From contig CAWEPK010000001.1 of assembly GCA_963810935.1 (NCBI GenBank), positions 32,001-96,000 of the forward strand: a stretch of 64,000 nt of DNA, given 5' to 3'. The stretch's first letter is position 1, and the number at the start of each line of letters is the position of its first letter. The position numbers were made by a program, and so were the translations under genes. The stretch comes from an uncultured delta proteobacterium (lineage in GTDB: Bacteria > Desulfobacterota > Syntrophorhabdia > Syntrophorhabdales > WCHB1-27). The notes under the pieces are model-generated. The model searched no databases. It was not told where the DNA came from and saw nothing but the letters and a program-made list of their open reading frames with translations. Below are positions 20,095 to 29,876 of this stretch, in pieces.

Positions 20095-20462
20095 TGCCCC
20101 CTTTCCCCTATTCGATTTCCCAATATGTTCGGAGCACCGAGATAGTATTATAACATTCTCGCACCCGACGTAAGCGAGCGGGCCCAGACGTAGCCCCTGT
20201 GCATTTTCACTTCAATTACCATGCCCGTCCCCTTTTGCCCAATAATCGTGGTATACTACCCCTATTGCATTATGGCTACCACCAATGACCTGCGCCTGAC
20301 CGCTTCTTCGTATTTCTGAAAAGCCTCCCTGGGGCTCGGGGTTGCTGCCAGTAAAACCCCCAACGAGGAAAAAGTTGTCCTTGTAGACTCCAAACGGCTA
20401 ACCCCACATGGGTTGCCGATTAACGATATCAGGCAATGAATGTAAGAAGAGGAGTGCCAGAT

Positions 20463-20753
20463 ATGGAAAGTACCGTTAAGCCTTTCAATGGCCAGTTTGT
20501 TGCGCGGAGGAGTTTCGCGCGCGCAAAAGAAAAACAGTGCCGCTCGAAGAATTACCTCGAATTCCTGGCCCACTATGATGCAAGATTAGTGCAGGTCAAT
20601 GGGCCGATAATGGTCGTAAGATACAACACCGGTATAGAATTGCCGCTGGAGGCGAAAGGCAAGCTGCAATTGGTGAAACTGCTGCTCACTGAATTCGGAA
20701 CGGTCGATGAGGCCAACCGGGCGATAGACGATTATAAAGCCGCGCACCCTTAA
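20463..20753 (+). CDS. Hypothetical protein
   Basis: GAGGAG SD before ATG 20463; 96 aa. Confidence 0.55.
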   Translation: MESTVKPFNGQFVARRSFARAKEKQCRSKNYLEFLAHYDARLVQVNGPIMVVRYNTGIELPLEAKGKLQLVKLLLTEFGTVDEANRAIDDYKAAHP

Positions 20754-20761
20754 GTTTCGCT

Positions 20762-21889
20762 TTACGGCCTTCCCATTTTCCGCAGCCAGCGCCAATGTTC
20801 GGCAAGCCCCGACCAGAAAGTGGGATGCACCTCATATTTCACGCCGAATTCCCGGCACGTCTCCTCGACGACCTTCGCCATCCCCGGGTAGTTTACATGA
20901 CTGATAGAGGGGAAGAGATGGTGCTCCAGGTGAAAATTCAACCCCCCGAATAACCATGTCCTTACCCGGCTCTGCCTGTCGTAATCGAGGGTGACCTGCG
21001 CCTGGTGCACGGCCCAAGGGTTATTCATACGGTGGGATGCGCCGTCGGGCAGGGGGAAATCGGAGCGGCCCGTGCAGTGCGGGATCTGGAATACGACCGC
21101 AATCGGTACGCCGATGATAAGGGCGGTTACCGCGTAGTAGAAGAGGACGACCGGAACTGGATGCAGGAACATGGGAAACACGAAGGCGATGACAAAAAAG
21201 TATGCCTTCCCCCCGACGAACGTAGCGAGGTCCCAACCCTTCGGGCGGGGTATTGGATGGGTGTGGATAATGCCGGTCGCGATATGCCAGAAATCGCTAA
21301 ACAGGTGGAATTTTAGTACGAGGCATGCGTAGAGCGCCCATATGTACAGGTGCTGCCAGCGATGGAACCATCTCCTTTTCTGATGCGGCGCAAACCGGGC
21401 ATATATACCCAAATCGATGTCAGGGTCGTATCCCACTATATTGACATTGTTGTGATGATATATGGCGTGCTTCCAATGCCACACATATGAGCTGGCGCCC
21501 ACAAGGTCGAGTGTCGCCGCAGCGAGCCTGTTAACCCACCGCTGCCCGGAGAAGCTGCGGTGCCCTCCGTCGTGCATGATGTTGAAGCCTATCCCCGTCA
21601 CGGAGAGGGCAAGCACGACAGCGGCCGCGAGGCCCTGCCACAGGTCTCGGGCCAGAAGCACCAGCACCAGGTACGAGAGGAAGAAGCAGGAGAGAAAAAC
21701 GGCAGCCTTCACGTACATCTGCCGGCCGCCGCGTCTTGGCCGTCCCGTCTGTCGAAAATAGTCGTCCACACGCCGGCGCAGCGCAGCGTGGAACTCCGGG
21801 TTGTCGCTGAATTTTATCCCGGGTCTTAATTGTCGAGGCTGGTGGGGACCTCTTTTGGCTCCCTCTATATCGCCTTGTTTCTCCGGCAT
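20762..21889 (-). CDS. Membrane fatty acid (acyl-CoA) desaturase
   Basis: Histidine boxes HDGGH, HAIYHH, HLEHH; TM segments. Confidence 0.92.
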   Translation of the reverse strand: MPEKQGDIEGAKRGPHQPRQLRPGIKFSDNPEFHAALRRRVDDYFRQTGRPRRGGRQMYVKAAVFLSCFFLSYLVLVLLARDLWQGLAAAVVLALSVTGIGFNIMHDGGHRSFSGQRWVNRLAAATLDLVGASSYVWHWKHAIYHHNNVNIVGYDPDIDLGIYARFAPHQKRRWFHRWQHLYIWALYACLVLKFHLFSDFWHIATGIIHTHPIPRPKGWDLATFVGGKAYFFVIAFVFPMFLHPVPVVLFYYAVTALIIGVPIAVVFQIPHCTGRSDFPLPDGASHRMNNPWAVHQAQVTLDYDRQSRVRTWLFGGLNFHLEHHLFPSISHVNYPGMAKVVEETCREFGVKYEVHPTFWSGLAEHWRWLRKMGRP

Positions 21890-22008
21890 AGGAATATATC
21901 ATAAATTTAATCGTGGCCGGTGCGATGGTAAAGTCCCACGGTATAAGCTAAGGCTCCCTGACCGATCATTTGACTTGAATTGCCAGCCATTTCATATTAT
22001 TTTGTAGC

Positions 22009-22599
22009 ATGTTCCACATAAACGACCAAAATGCGCTGGTGCTGGCGAGTGAATCTACTAGACGGGTCGATCTCCTCCGGAGCCTTGGCGTCTCATTCGC
22101 CATCATGCCGCCGGGCATCGACGAGCACAGGCGGCATTCGGAATCGCCCAAGGACTACGTGCTGCGCATGGCTTACGAAAAGGCGCAGAAGGTCGGCAGC
22201 CTCTTTCCCGAGAAATGGGTCATCGGGGCGGACACGATCGTCGTCCACAAAGGCAGGGTGCTCGGCAAGCCGAAGACGGAAGAAGACGCCTTCGCTATGC
22301 TGAAAAGGCTCCGGGCAAGCTGGCACAAGGTCTACACGGGCTACTGCATCCTTAACGTGTCGAGGCACATCGTCTATCAGGACGTGGCCGAAACGAAAGT
22401 CTTCATCAAGGACCTGACCGACGAAGAGATCGAGAAGTACATAAACACCACCGAGCCCTTCGACAAGGCCGGCTCCTATGCAGTGCAGGGAAAGGGCGGC
22501 TACATGGTGAAGGAGATAAAGGGCTCGTACTCGAACGTCGTCGGTCTGCCCATCTGCGAGATCACCGAGGCCCTCCTTTCCCTGGGCATTCTTTCGTGA
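22009..22599 (+). CDS. maf: Maf family nucleotide pyrophosphatase
   Basis: LVLASES.RR, IGADTIV, DKAGSYAVQG, NVVGLP. Confidence 0.93.
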   Translation: MFHINDQNALVLASESTRRVDLLRSLGVSFAIMPPGIDEHRRHSESPKDYVLRMAYEKAQKVGSLFPEKWVIGADTIVVHKGRVLGKPKTEEDAFAMLKRLRASWHKVYTGYCILNVSRHIVYQDVAETKVFIKDLTDEEIEKYINTTEPFDKAGSYAVQGKGGYMVKEIKGSYSNVVGLPICEITEALLSLGILS

Positions 22600-23267
22600 G
22601 CGACATCGGAGCTTCAATCTCGGCAGTGCGCGACCGGATGGCGGCCGCGTGCAGGAAAGCGGGGCGCCGCCCTGAAGAAGTAAGGCTTATAGCGGTCACG
22701 AAAAAGGTGGATGCGGAAAGGGTGCGCGAGGCGGCCTCTTTCGGTCTTTCGGATTTCGGGGAGAACTACGTGCAGGAGGCGCAGCGGAAGATAGACGCCA
22801 TAGGGCCGGGCCCCACCTGGCACATGATCGGCCACGTGCAGACGAACAAGGCGAAATACGTCTCAAGGCTTTTTAAATACGTCCATTCGGTCGACAGGGA
22901 GGCGTTGCTTGACGAGCTGGAGCGCCTGGGCAACCCGCTCGACGTCCTTTTCGAAGTCAACATTTCGCAGGAGCCGCAGAAGCACGGCGCGGCCGAGCAA
23001 GCGTTGCGCCCGCTCCTCGAGAAAACGGCGGCCATGCGTAACATAAGGCCCGTCGGGCTCATGACGGTGCCGCCCTTCGATGAGGAGCCGGAAAAATCGC
23101 GTCCCTATTTCGCCGCCCTGCGCGCCCTGCTCGATACGGTCAACAGGGACCTGGGCATGGGAATGTCGGAGCTTTCGATGGGCATGTCGGCAGATTTCGA
23201 AGTAGCCATAGAGGAGGGCGCGACGATGGTGCGCGTCGGCACCGCCATATTCGGGGAGAGACTATGA
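22596..23267 (+). CDS. yggS: PLP homeostasis protein YggS
   Basis: LIAVTK, FGENYVQE, WHMIGH.QTNK, LSMGMSADF..AIEEGAT.VRVGTAIFG. Confidence 0.95.
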   Translation: MSDIGASISAVRDRMAAACRKAGRRPEEVRLIAVTKKVDAERVREAASFGLSDFGENYVQEAQRKIDAIGPGPTWHMIGHVQTNKAKYVSRLFKYVHSVDREALLDELERLGNPLDVLFEVNISQEPQKHGAAEQALRPLLEKTAAMRNIRPVGLMTVPPFDEEPEKSRPYFAALRALLDTVNRDLGMGMSELSMGMSADFEVAIEEGATMVRVGTAIFGERL

Positions 23268-24640
23268 AGCCGTGGGAGGGGAGGTTCAGCGGGCCTACCG
23301 ACGCCCTCATGGAACGCTTCAGCTCGTCCATAGACGTCGATTGGCGCCTTTTTCATTACGACATCGAGGGCAGCATCGCATACGCCCGTGGCCTAAAGCG
23401 GGCGGGTATCCTTAATGACGACGAGACCGGCCGCATCATCGCCGGATTGAAAGAGATAGAGGCGGAGATAGCCGAAGGGAGGCTGCCCTTCCGGGAGGCC
23501 CTTGAAGATATCCACATGCACGTGGAACAGAGGCTCATCGAAAAAATCGGAGAGACGGGCAAGAAGCTGCACACGGGTAGGAGCAGGAACGAGCAGGTCT
23601 CTCTCGATATGCGGATGTACGTGAAGGACGAGCTTGCCAGATTAGATGCGGGCCTGAAGGCCCTGATGGCGGCCATAGTGGCGAGGGCGGAAAAAGAGAA
23701 AACGGCGATCATGCCCGGATACACGCACACGCGGCGCGCCCAGGCGGTGCCCTTCGCTCATTATCTGATGGCCTGCTATTATCCGCTCAAGCGCGACAGA
23801 CAGCGCATCGCGGGCGCGCTCGCCCGGTGCGACGCAATGCCGCTGGGCAGCGGGGCCCTGGCAGGCTCGACGCTGCCTATCGACCGCGAGTTCCTGAAAA
23901 ACGAGCTGGGTTTTGCGGCGACCACGGACAACAGCATGGACGCCGCTTCCGACCGCGACTTCGCGCTGGATGCCCTTTATTGCGCTGCCACGGTAATGAC
24001 GCACCTGAGCCGGGTTGCGGAGGACCTGATCCTTTACTCCACCGAGGAATTCTCCTTCATTTCCCTGCCGGACGGCCTCTGCACGGGGAGCAGCCTCATG
24101 CCCCACAAAAAGAACCCCGATGCCCTGGAGCTGATCAGGGGTAAGGCCGCAATCGTGACGGGCAAGCTTTTCGGCCTGTTCTGCCTCCTTAAAGGGTTGC
24201 CGTCGACGTATGACCGGGACCTTCAGGAGGACAAGCCTCCGCTCTTCGAGGGGATGGCGGCAGCGTGCGATGCGTGCGCGGTGATGACGCTCGCCTTAGA
24301 GGGGATGGGCCTCAACAGGGCAGCCATGGAAAAGGCCGTAGAGGAAAGCTTCATGCCTGCCGTGGAGATGACGGAATACCTGGCATACAGGGGCGTGCCT
24401 TTCAGACAGGCGCACCACATCGTCGGCGCGATAGTCAAAGAATGCGAGGAGACCGGGCGCCGCCTCGCCGGGATGGACCTTGCCGATTTGAAACGCCGGT
24501 CGGACGCATTTGACGAATCGGTTTTCGATTACATGGACCCGCGCCACGCGGCGGAGCGCAGGAAGACGCAGGGTGGGGCCTCCTTTGCCGAGGTCGAGAG
24601 ACAGATTGCAAAAGAAAAAGATTATCTTAGCCGTAATTAG
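23264..24640 (+). CDS. argH: Argininosuccinate lyase
   Basis: WEGRF, LHTGRSRNEQ, GSSLMPHKKNPD. Confidence 0.96.
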   Translation: MKPWEGRFSGPTDALMERFSSSIDVDWRLFHYDIEGSIAYARGLKRAGILNDDETGRIIAGLKEIEAEIAEGRLPFREALEDIHMHVEQRLIEKIGETGKKLHTGRSRNEQVSLDMRMYVKDELARLDAGLKALMAAIVARAEKEKTAIMPGYTHTRRAQAVPFAHYLMACYYPLKRDRQRIAGALARCDAMPLGSGALAGSTLPIDREFLKNELGFAATTDNSMDAASDRDFALDALYCAATVMTHLSRVAEDLILYSTEEFSFISLPDGLCTGSSLMPHKKNPDALELIRGKAAIVTGKLFGLFCLLKGLPSTYDRDLQEDKPPLFEGMAAACDACAVMTLALEGMGLNRAAMEKAVEESFMPAVEMTEYLAYRGVPFRQAHHIVGAIVKECEETGRRLAGMDLADLKRRSDAFDESVFDYMDPRHAAERRKTQGGASFAEVERQIAKEKDYLSRN

Positions 24641-25607
24641 CCTTTCCGTCCTTGCCCTGGTCGCTTGTGGAAGGAAAGGGAACCCCAGGCCGAAGAGTCT
24701 GCCGACTCCGGCGACGATAAACGACCTGCGGGGCGACGTCAAGGACGGGGTGCTATTCCTCTCCTTCACGGTCCCCACGAAGAACAGGGACGGGACGCCC
24801 ACTACGAACGTCGCGGGCTTCCAGTTCTTGAAGAGCTGCGGTGCGTGCGGCGGGGCGTTCGAGCCGTGGAAGGACGTGCGCCTTGCGGACAGACAGGGGT
24901 ACACGATAAGGAACGGCAGGATGTTTGTCTACGATGACGACCTTGTCCCCGGCTTCCCATACGAATACCGGGTCTTCCCCTACACGTACAGGGGCACCCG
25001 GCTGGACGGCTCGAACTTCTACATGATAAAGTGGCAAAAGCCGCCGGCGCCGCCGGAAGGCCTGACCGCAGATGCGCAGGACTCGAAAGTCGTACTATCG
25101 TGGAAAAAAGCGGAGAAGCTGACGTACAATGTTTACCGCTGGGACAGCGCGGTTTACCCGCTTACCCCGGTCAACGCAGCCCCCATAGAGGCCAACACGT
25201 TCACCGACTCGGCCCTGCAAAACGGGAAGACCTATAAGTACGAGGTCAGGGCCGTTAAGACCGAGGGGACCTACCAGTTCGAAGGCCAGGGAATCACTGT
25301 CACCGCAACGCCTAAGGATATGACGCCTCCGGAACCGCCGGCTGCTCCGAAGCTGGAGAAGAAGGACAACGGCGTGCTTATTTCGTGGCAGGCGAGCCCG
25401 GAGGCGGACGTGGCCGGATACAACGTCTACAGGCTTACCGGGGAGAAGGCGGAGAAACTGAATAAGGAGCCGATTACAACGCTGGACTTCTTCGACCCGT
25501 CGCCCGGCCATAACATCAGGTACGTGTCGTACTATTTAACGGCAGTCGACAAGAGCGGGAACGAGAGCGGGCCGTCGAGGGAGCAGGTAATAGTCATCAA
25601 AGAATAA
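24606..25607 (+). CDS. Lipoprotein with LptM-like N-terminus and fibronectin type III domains
   Basis: Probable TTG start at 24606; lipobox LVAC-GRKGNP; FN3 motifs (LSW, YNVYR, TAVDKSGNESGPS). Confidence 0.8.
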   Translation: MQKKKIILAVISLSVLALVACGRKGNPRPKSLPTPATINDLRGDVKDGVLFLSFTVPTKNRDGTPTTNVAGFQFLKSCGACGGAFEPWKDVRLADRQGYTIRNGRMFVYDDDLVPGFPYEYRVFPYTYRGTRLDGSNFYMIKWQKPPAPPEGLTADAQDSKVVLSWKKAEKLTYNVYRWDSAVYPLTPVNAAPIEANTFTDSALQNGKTYKYEVRAVKTEGTYQFEGQGITVTATPKDMTPPEPPAAPKLEKKDNGVLISWQASPEADVAGYNVYRLTGEKAEKLNKEPITTLDFFDPSPGHNIRYVSYYLTAVDKSGNESGPSREQVIVIKE

Positions 25608-25624
25608 GGGTCTGTGCTTTCCTG

Positions 25625-26395
25625 CTATCTCCCCACTATCCCCGTCCATATAAGCTGGATGCCGGAAAGAAAAAGGATCGAGTAGACCAGGCGCATGAAC
25701 CAGACCTCGCTCACGCGGCGGTTGAGCCAGACGCCGAGCTTTACCCCGATTATGCAGAAGGGCGCGAGCAGGACGATGGTGCCGATGCTGCTGGCCTTCA
25801 GCAGCCCGAGCATGCTGTAAGGGACCAGCTTCACGGCATTGGTTACTGCGAAAAATATGGCGGTCGTCCCGACATAGATATGCTTGGGGAACCGTTGGGG
25901 CAGCAGGTAGACCGCAAGCGGCGGGCCGCCGGCGTGCGAGATCGTGGAAGTGAAACCCGTAAGTGTGCCCATACCGACGCCTTCCAGGACGCCGGGGGCA
26001 TGCTTGATCTTTCCGAAGACATACTCCCTTGCTACCTGAAAGATCACGAACAGCAGGGCTATCGTGCCGATGCCTATCCGCAGCACATCATCCTTTCCAG
26101 TAAAGGAGCGGAAGAAGAGGCTACCGGCGAAGATGCCGATAAGGGCGCCCGGAATGAGGACCCTCATGCTCTTCGAATCGAAGTCCCTTCTGTAATAGAA
26201 AAGGGCCAGGATATCGGTGAAGATCAAAAGCGGCAGCAGTATCGCGGCCGCCTCGGCCACCGTTATGGTGAGGGCGACGAGCGGTGTTGCCAGCGTGCCT
26301 ACGCCTCCTGCAAACCCCGCTTTGGAGATGCCGAGAAGGAGCACTGCTGTAATGGCGGCCGCCCAAAAGGCGGCCGGGTAATGGGTAGGGAACAT
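25625..26395 (-). CDS. TauE/SafE (TSUP) family permease
   Basis: GISKAGFAGG, HAGGPP, multiple TM segments. Confidence 0.88.
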   Translation of the reverse strand: MFPTHYPAAFWAAAITAVLLLGISKAGFAGGVGTLATPLVALTITVAEAAAILLPLLIFTDILALFYYRRDFDSKSMRVLIPGALIGIFAGSLFFRSFTGKDDVLRIGIGTIALLFVIFQVAREYVFGKIKHAPGVLEGVGMGTLTGFTSTISHAGGPPLAVYLLPQRFPKHIYVGTTAIFFAVTNAVKLVPYSMLGLLKASSIGTIVLLAPFCIIGVKLGVWLNRRVSEVWFMRLVYSILFLSGIQLIWTGIVGR

Positions 26396-26622
26396 GTAAT
26401 CTCCTTTTTCTCGTCATGCCCCGGACCGAAAGCCCGTTACGAAAGGCCGGGGCGGCAACCCCGATTGTAACATCAGACACGCTGTACGGGCGAGAAAAAT
26501 CGATGGTGGCTTGCGCAATACGCTTGCCCTTTGCACAAACCGGCAATGATATTGCGGATAGGGCGTGTGTTGGTATAAAATAGAGGCTCGTCAAGTACCG
26601 CCAAAGGACCGAGGATACGGAT

Positions 26623-27882
26623 ATGAACTATTTCAATTACAGGAGCGGTGTGCTCCACGCGGAAGACGTTCCTTTAGAAAAGATCGCGGCGAAGGTCGGC
26701 ACGCCCTTCTACGTTTACAGCTACGGCACGCTGGAGCGACATTTCCTCGTGTTCGACCGTGCCTTCAAAAAGATACCCCATATAACCTGCTATTCGTGCA
26801 AGGCCAACACGAGCATGGCGCTGCTCAAAACGGTGGCGCGGCTGGGCGGCGGCGGCGACATCGTGTCGGGCGGCGAGCTGTACAGGGCGCTGCGGGCATC
26901 GATACCGGCCGCCAAAATTGTCTTTTCCGGTGTCGGCAAGTCGCCTGAAGAGATTGCCTATGCCGTGAAGTCGGGTATCGCTATGATAAACGTTGAATCG
27001 GAAGGGGAGCTTGCCGCAATAGCGGACGCCGGGAAAAAGCTGGGCAAAAAAGTCCCCGTCTCTATAAGGGTCAACCCGGAGATAGACGCAGGGACGCACC
27101 CGTATATCACGACGGGGCTGCGGAAAAACAAGTTCGGGCTCTTGTGGCCCGACGCGCGGCGCCTGTACGGCGAGATAAAGAAGTCAAGCCACCTTGCCCC
27201 TGTCGGCATATCCTCGCACATCGGCTCACAGATAGTCGAGATACCGCCGTTCGTCGACGCTGTCCGGTCCCTGAAAGGGATGGTCCGCGAGCTGGCCGGC
27301 TCCGGCATTAAGCTGCGCTACATGGACATCGGGGGCGGTTTGGGTATCACTTACAAGGACGAAACCCCGCCCCGCCCGGAGGAATACGCCGGTGCCGTAG
27401 AGGCAGAGCTGAAGGGCATGGGCCTGACCCTCGTGCTGGAGCCCGGCAGGGTGATTGTAGGGAACGCGGGTATCTTCGTAGCGAAGCTCCTTTACGTGAA
27501 GGCCGCGCCCAACAAGACCTTTTACGTGGTTGACGGGGCCATGAACGACCTCGTGCGCCCGGCTTTTTACGACGCCTACCACGAGATCCTGCCCGTGGTG
27601 CAGACGAACGCCAAAATGCAGAAAGTCGACGTGGTGGGGCCGGTCTGCGAATCGGGCGATTTCTTCGCCAAAGGAAGAAAAGTCGCGGCGATGGCGCCGG
27701 GTGCGCTTATTGCAATCATGAGCGCAGGCGCTTATGGTTTCTCTATGTCTTCGAATTACAATTCGAGGCCGAGAGTTGCCGAGGTGCTCGTGAGAGGCGA
27801 AGAGTTTTTCGTTATCAGGAAAAGAGAGAAGTATGGGGACCTGGTAGCCGGCGAGGCGATCCCTGAGTTCCTGGAGGGGTAG
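26623..27882 (+). CDS. lysA: Diaminopimelate decarboxylase
   Basis: TPFYVYS, YSCKAN, HIGSQ, EPGR, GPVCESGD, SNYNSR. Confidence 0.96.
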   Translation: MNYFNYRSGVLHAEDVPLEKIAAKVGTPFYVYSYGTLERHFLVFDRAFKKIPHITCYSCKANTSMALLKTVARLGGGGDIVSGGELYRALRASIPAAKIVFSGVGKSPEEIAYAVKSGIAMINVESEGELAAIADAGKKLGKKVPVSIRVNPEIDAGTHPYITTGLRKNKFGLLWPDARRLYGEIKKSSHLAPVGISSHIGSQIVEIPPFVDAVRSLKGMVRELAGSGIKLRYMDIGGGLGITYKDETPPRPEEYAGAVEAELKGMGLTLVLEPGRVIVGNAGIFVAKLLYVKAAPNKTFYVVDGAMNDLVRPAFYDAYHEILPVVQTNAKMQKVDVVGPVCESGDFFAKGRKVAAMAPGALIAIMSAGAYGFSMSSNYNSRPRVAEVLVRGEEFFVIRKREKYGDLVAGEAIPEFLEG

Positions 27883-27883
27883 G

Positions 27884-28696
27884 ATGGATTCTCTTCGGTT
27901 CTTCAAGATGAGTGCCAGCGGCAACGATTTCATCATTATAGACAACCGGGAAGGCGTTGTGGAAGCTGCGTTCCCGGATGTGGCCGATCTGGTGCGCAAG
28001 GTCTGCCGCAGGCGCCATTCCGTCGGGGCCGACGGCCTGATATTGATAGAGAAATCGGATGTCCTCGATTTCGTCTGGCGGTTCTATAACGCGGACGGCT
28101 CGGAGGCGGAGATGTGCGGGAACGGCGGCAGGTGCGCGGCCAGGTTCGCGCACCTGTTGGGGATCGCAGGCAGCCGCCTCTCCTTCGGCACGCTTGCCGG
28201 CACGATGAAAGCGGAGGTGCGGCCCGACGGGAAAGTGAAGCTGCAGCTCACAAAACCAAAGGACCTGAAGCTCGACTACCCCATCGACCTCGGTACGAAA
28301 GAGCTTTTCGTCAGCAGCGTCGATACGGGCGTGCCCCATGCAGTGCTTTTGACGGACGTGGAGCTTGCCCCCGTGGAGGAGCTGGGCCGGGCGATACGCT
28401 ACCACAGGGCGTTCTCGCCGAAGGGGACCAACGTAGACTTCGTCCAGGTCGTAGACACGAAGAACGTGAGGATCAGAACGTACGAGCGCGGCGTGGAGGG
28501 AGAGACCTACGCGTGCGGGACCGGATGCGTGGCAGCGGGCGTCATACTGCACGAGAAGGGGCTCGTCGAAAGCAAGGTCAATCTCCTGACCAAAGGCGGC
28601 GAGGGCTTGCGCGTCTACGTCGGCGACGAGGTGTACCTGGAAGGCAGCGTCAGGATTATATATGCAGGGACGCTCTGGCCTGAGGCCGTGGAATAA
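27884..28696 (+). CDS. dapF: Diaminopimelate epimerase
   Basis: GNDF, EMCGNG.RC, ERGVEGETYACGTG. Confidence 0.96.
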   Translation: MDSLRFFKMSASGNDFIIIDNREGVVEAAFPDVADLVRKVCRRRHSVGADGLILIEKSDVLDFVWRFYNADGSEAEMCGNGGRCAARFAHLLGIAGSRLSFGTLAGTMKAEVRPDGKVKLQLTKPKDLKLDYPIDLGTKELFVSSVDTGVPHAVLLTDVELAPVEELGRAIRYHRAFSPKGTNVDFVQVVDTKNVRIRTYERGVEGETYACGTGCVAAGVILHEKGLVESKVNLLTKGGEGLRVYVGDEVYLEGSVRIIYAGTLWPEAVE

Positions 28697-28945
28697 GGAA
28701 CGGGACCGGTTGACTGCCTCTTCCTTTTTATGAGGGGGTGGCTCCGCGAGCCTTGCTCGTGGAGGGGGCGACGCTAGCCCCAGTAATTGCAGGGACGCTC
28801 TGGCCTGAGGCCGTGGAATAAGGAACGGGACCGGTTGACTGCCTCTTCCTTTTTATGAGGGGGTGGCTCCACGGGCTTCGCTCGTGGAGGGGGCGACGCT
28901 AGCCCCGGTAATTGCAGGGACGCTCTGGCCTGAGGCCGTGGAATA
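28663..28945 (+). repeat. 125-bp tandem repeat (~2.3 units): dapF 3' end + family A element
   Basis: TGCAGGGACGCTCTGGCCTGAGGCCGTGGAATA begins at 28663, 28788 and 28913. Confidence 0.95.
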
Positions 28946-28973
28946 GAAAGCAGATGAAGCAGGAAGGAGGCCG

Positions 28974-29858
28974 ATGAACCTGAAAGGAGTCTTTACGGCG
29001 CTTGTTACGCCGTTCAAGTATGGTGAGCTTGACGAAGAGGCCCTGAAGGGGCTGATCGATTTTCAGGTGAGGGCAGGCGTGGACGGCATCTCCCCCTGCG
29101 GGACTACGGGCGAGACCTCCACGCTCTCATACGAAGAGCACGAGAGGGTGATCTTCCTTACCGTCAAGTGGGCGGGCGACGTCCCCGTCATGGCGGGAAC
29201 GGGCTCTAACAGCACGAAAGAGACCGTTGAGCTTACGCAGATAGCGAAGGACTTGGGGGCATCGGCCGCACTCGTCGTTGCGCCGTACTATAACCGGCCT
29301 ACGCAGGAGGGTTTGTACCTGCATTTCAAAAAGGTGGCCGAAGAGGTCGATATACCCCTTGTGCTTTACAACATACCGGGCAGGACAGGCGTCAACATGC
29401 TGCCGGAGCTGGTGGCGCGCCTGGCGCAGATACCCGGCATAGCGGGCATCAAGGAAGCCTCCGGCTCCGTTCAGCAGGCGGCCGATGTCTACCGGCTTAC
29501 CGGCGGCAAGTTTCCCATACTTTCAGGGGACGACAACCTGCTGCTGCCTTTGATGTCCGTCGGGGCATCTGGCGTTATCTCGGTCGTATCGAATATCCTG
29601 CCCGAGCGGATGTTGGAGCTTGTCCGGGCCTTGCTCGAGGAGAACGACAGGGAAAAGGCGCTGGACCTCCACGCCGGGCTTATGCCGCTCTTCAATGCGA
29701 TGTTTATCGAGACGAACCCCGTGCCTGTCAAGACGGCGCTTTACCATATGGGCATGATCGAAAAAGACGTCCGCCTGCCGCTTTGCGAATTGTCCGGCAA
29801 GAGCAGCGATTTCTTAAAAGAAGTGCTGAAAGAATACGGTCTCTTTCGCAGGGAATAG
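28974..29858 (+). CDS. dapA: 4-hydroxy-tetrahydrodipicolinate synthase
   Basis: ALVTPF, GTTGE, PYYNRP, LYNIPGRT, GIKEASG. Confidence 0.96.
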   Translation: MNLKGVFTALVTPFKYGELDEEALKGLIDFQVRAGVDGISPCGTTGETSTLSYEEHERVIFLTVKWAGDVPVMAGTGSNSTKETVELTQIAKDLGASAALVVAPYYNRPTQEGLYLHFKKVAEEVDIPLVLYNIPGRTGVNMLPELVARLAQIPGIAGIKEASGSVQQAADVYRLTGGKFPILSGDDNLLLPLMSVGASGVISVVSNILPERMLELVRALLEENDREKALDLHAGLMPLFNAMFIETNPVPVKTALYHMGMIEKDVRLPLCELSGKSSDFLKEVLKEYGLFRRE

Positions 29859-29876
29859 CACGGGGGAGGGGGCGCG

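Noticed and set aside
20330..20430. Second c-di-GMP riboswitch (GGTTGCCG hairpin)
   Set aside because: Lacks the GAC/GGC-G.AAAGCC junction; only a simple hairpin
26400..26622. Lysine riboswitch upstream of lysA
   Set aside because: No AGAGG(U/C)GC start or other L-box features
28663..28945. CRISPR-like array (33-bp repeat x3)
   Set aside because: Spacers are ~92 bp and nearly identical, the repeat is the dapF coding end, and there are no cas genes
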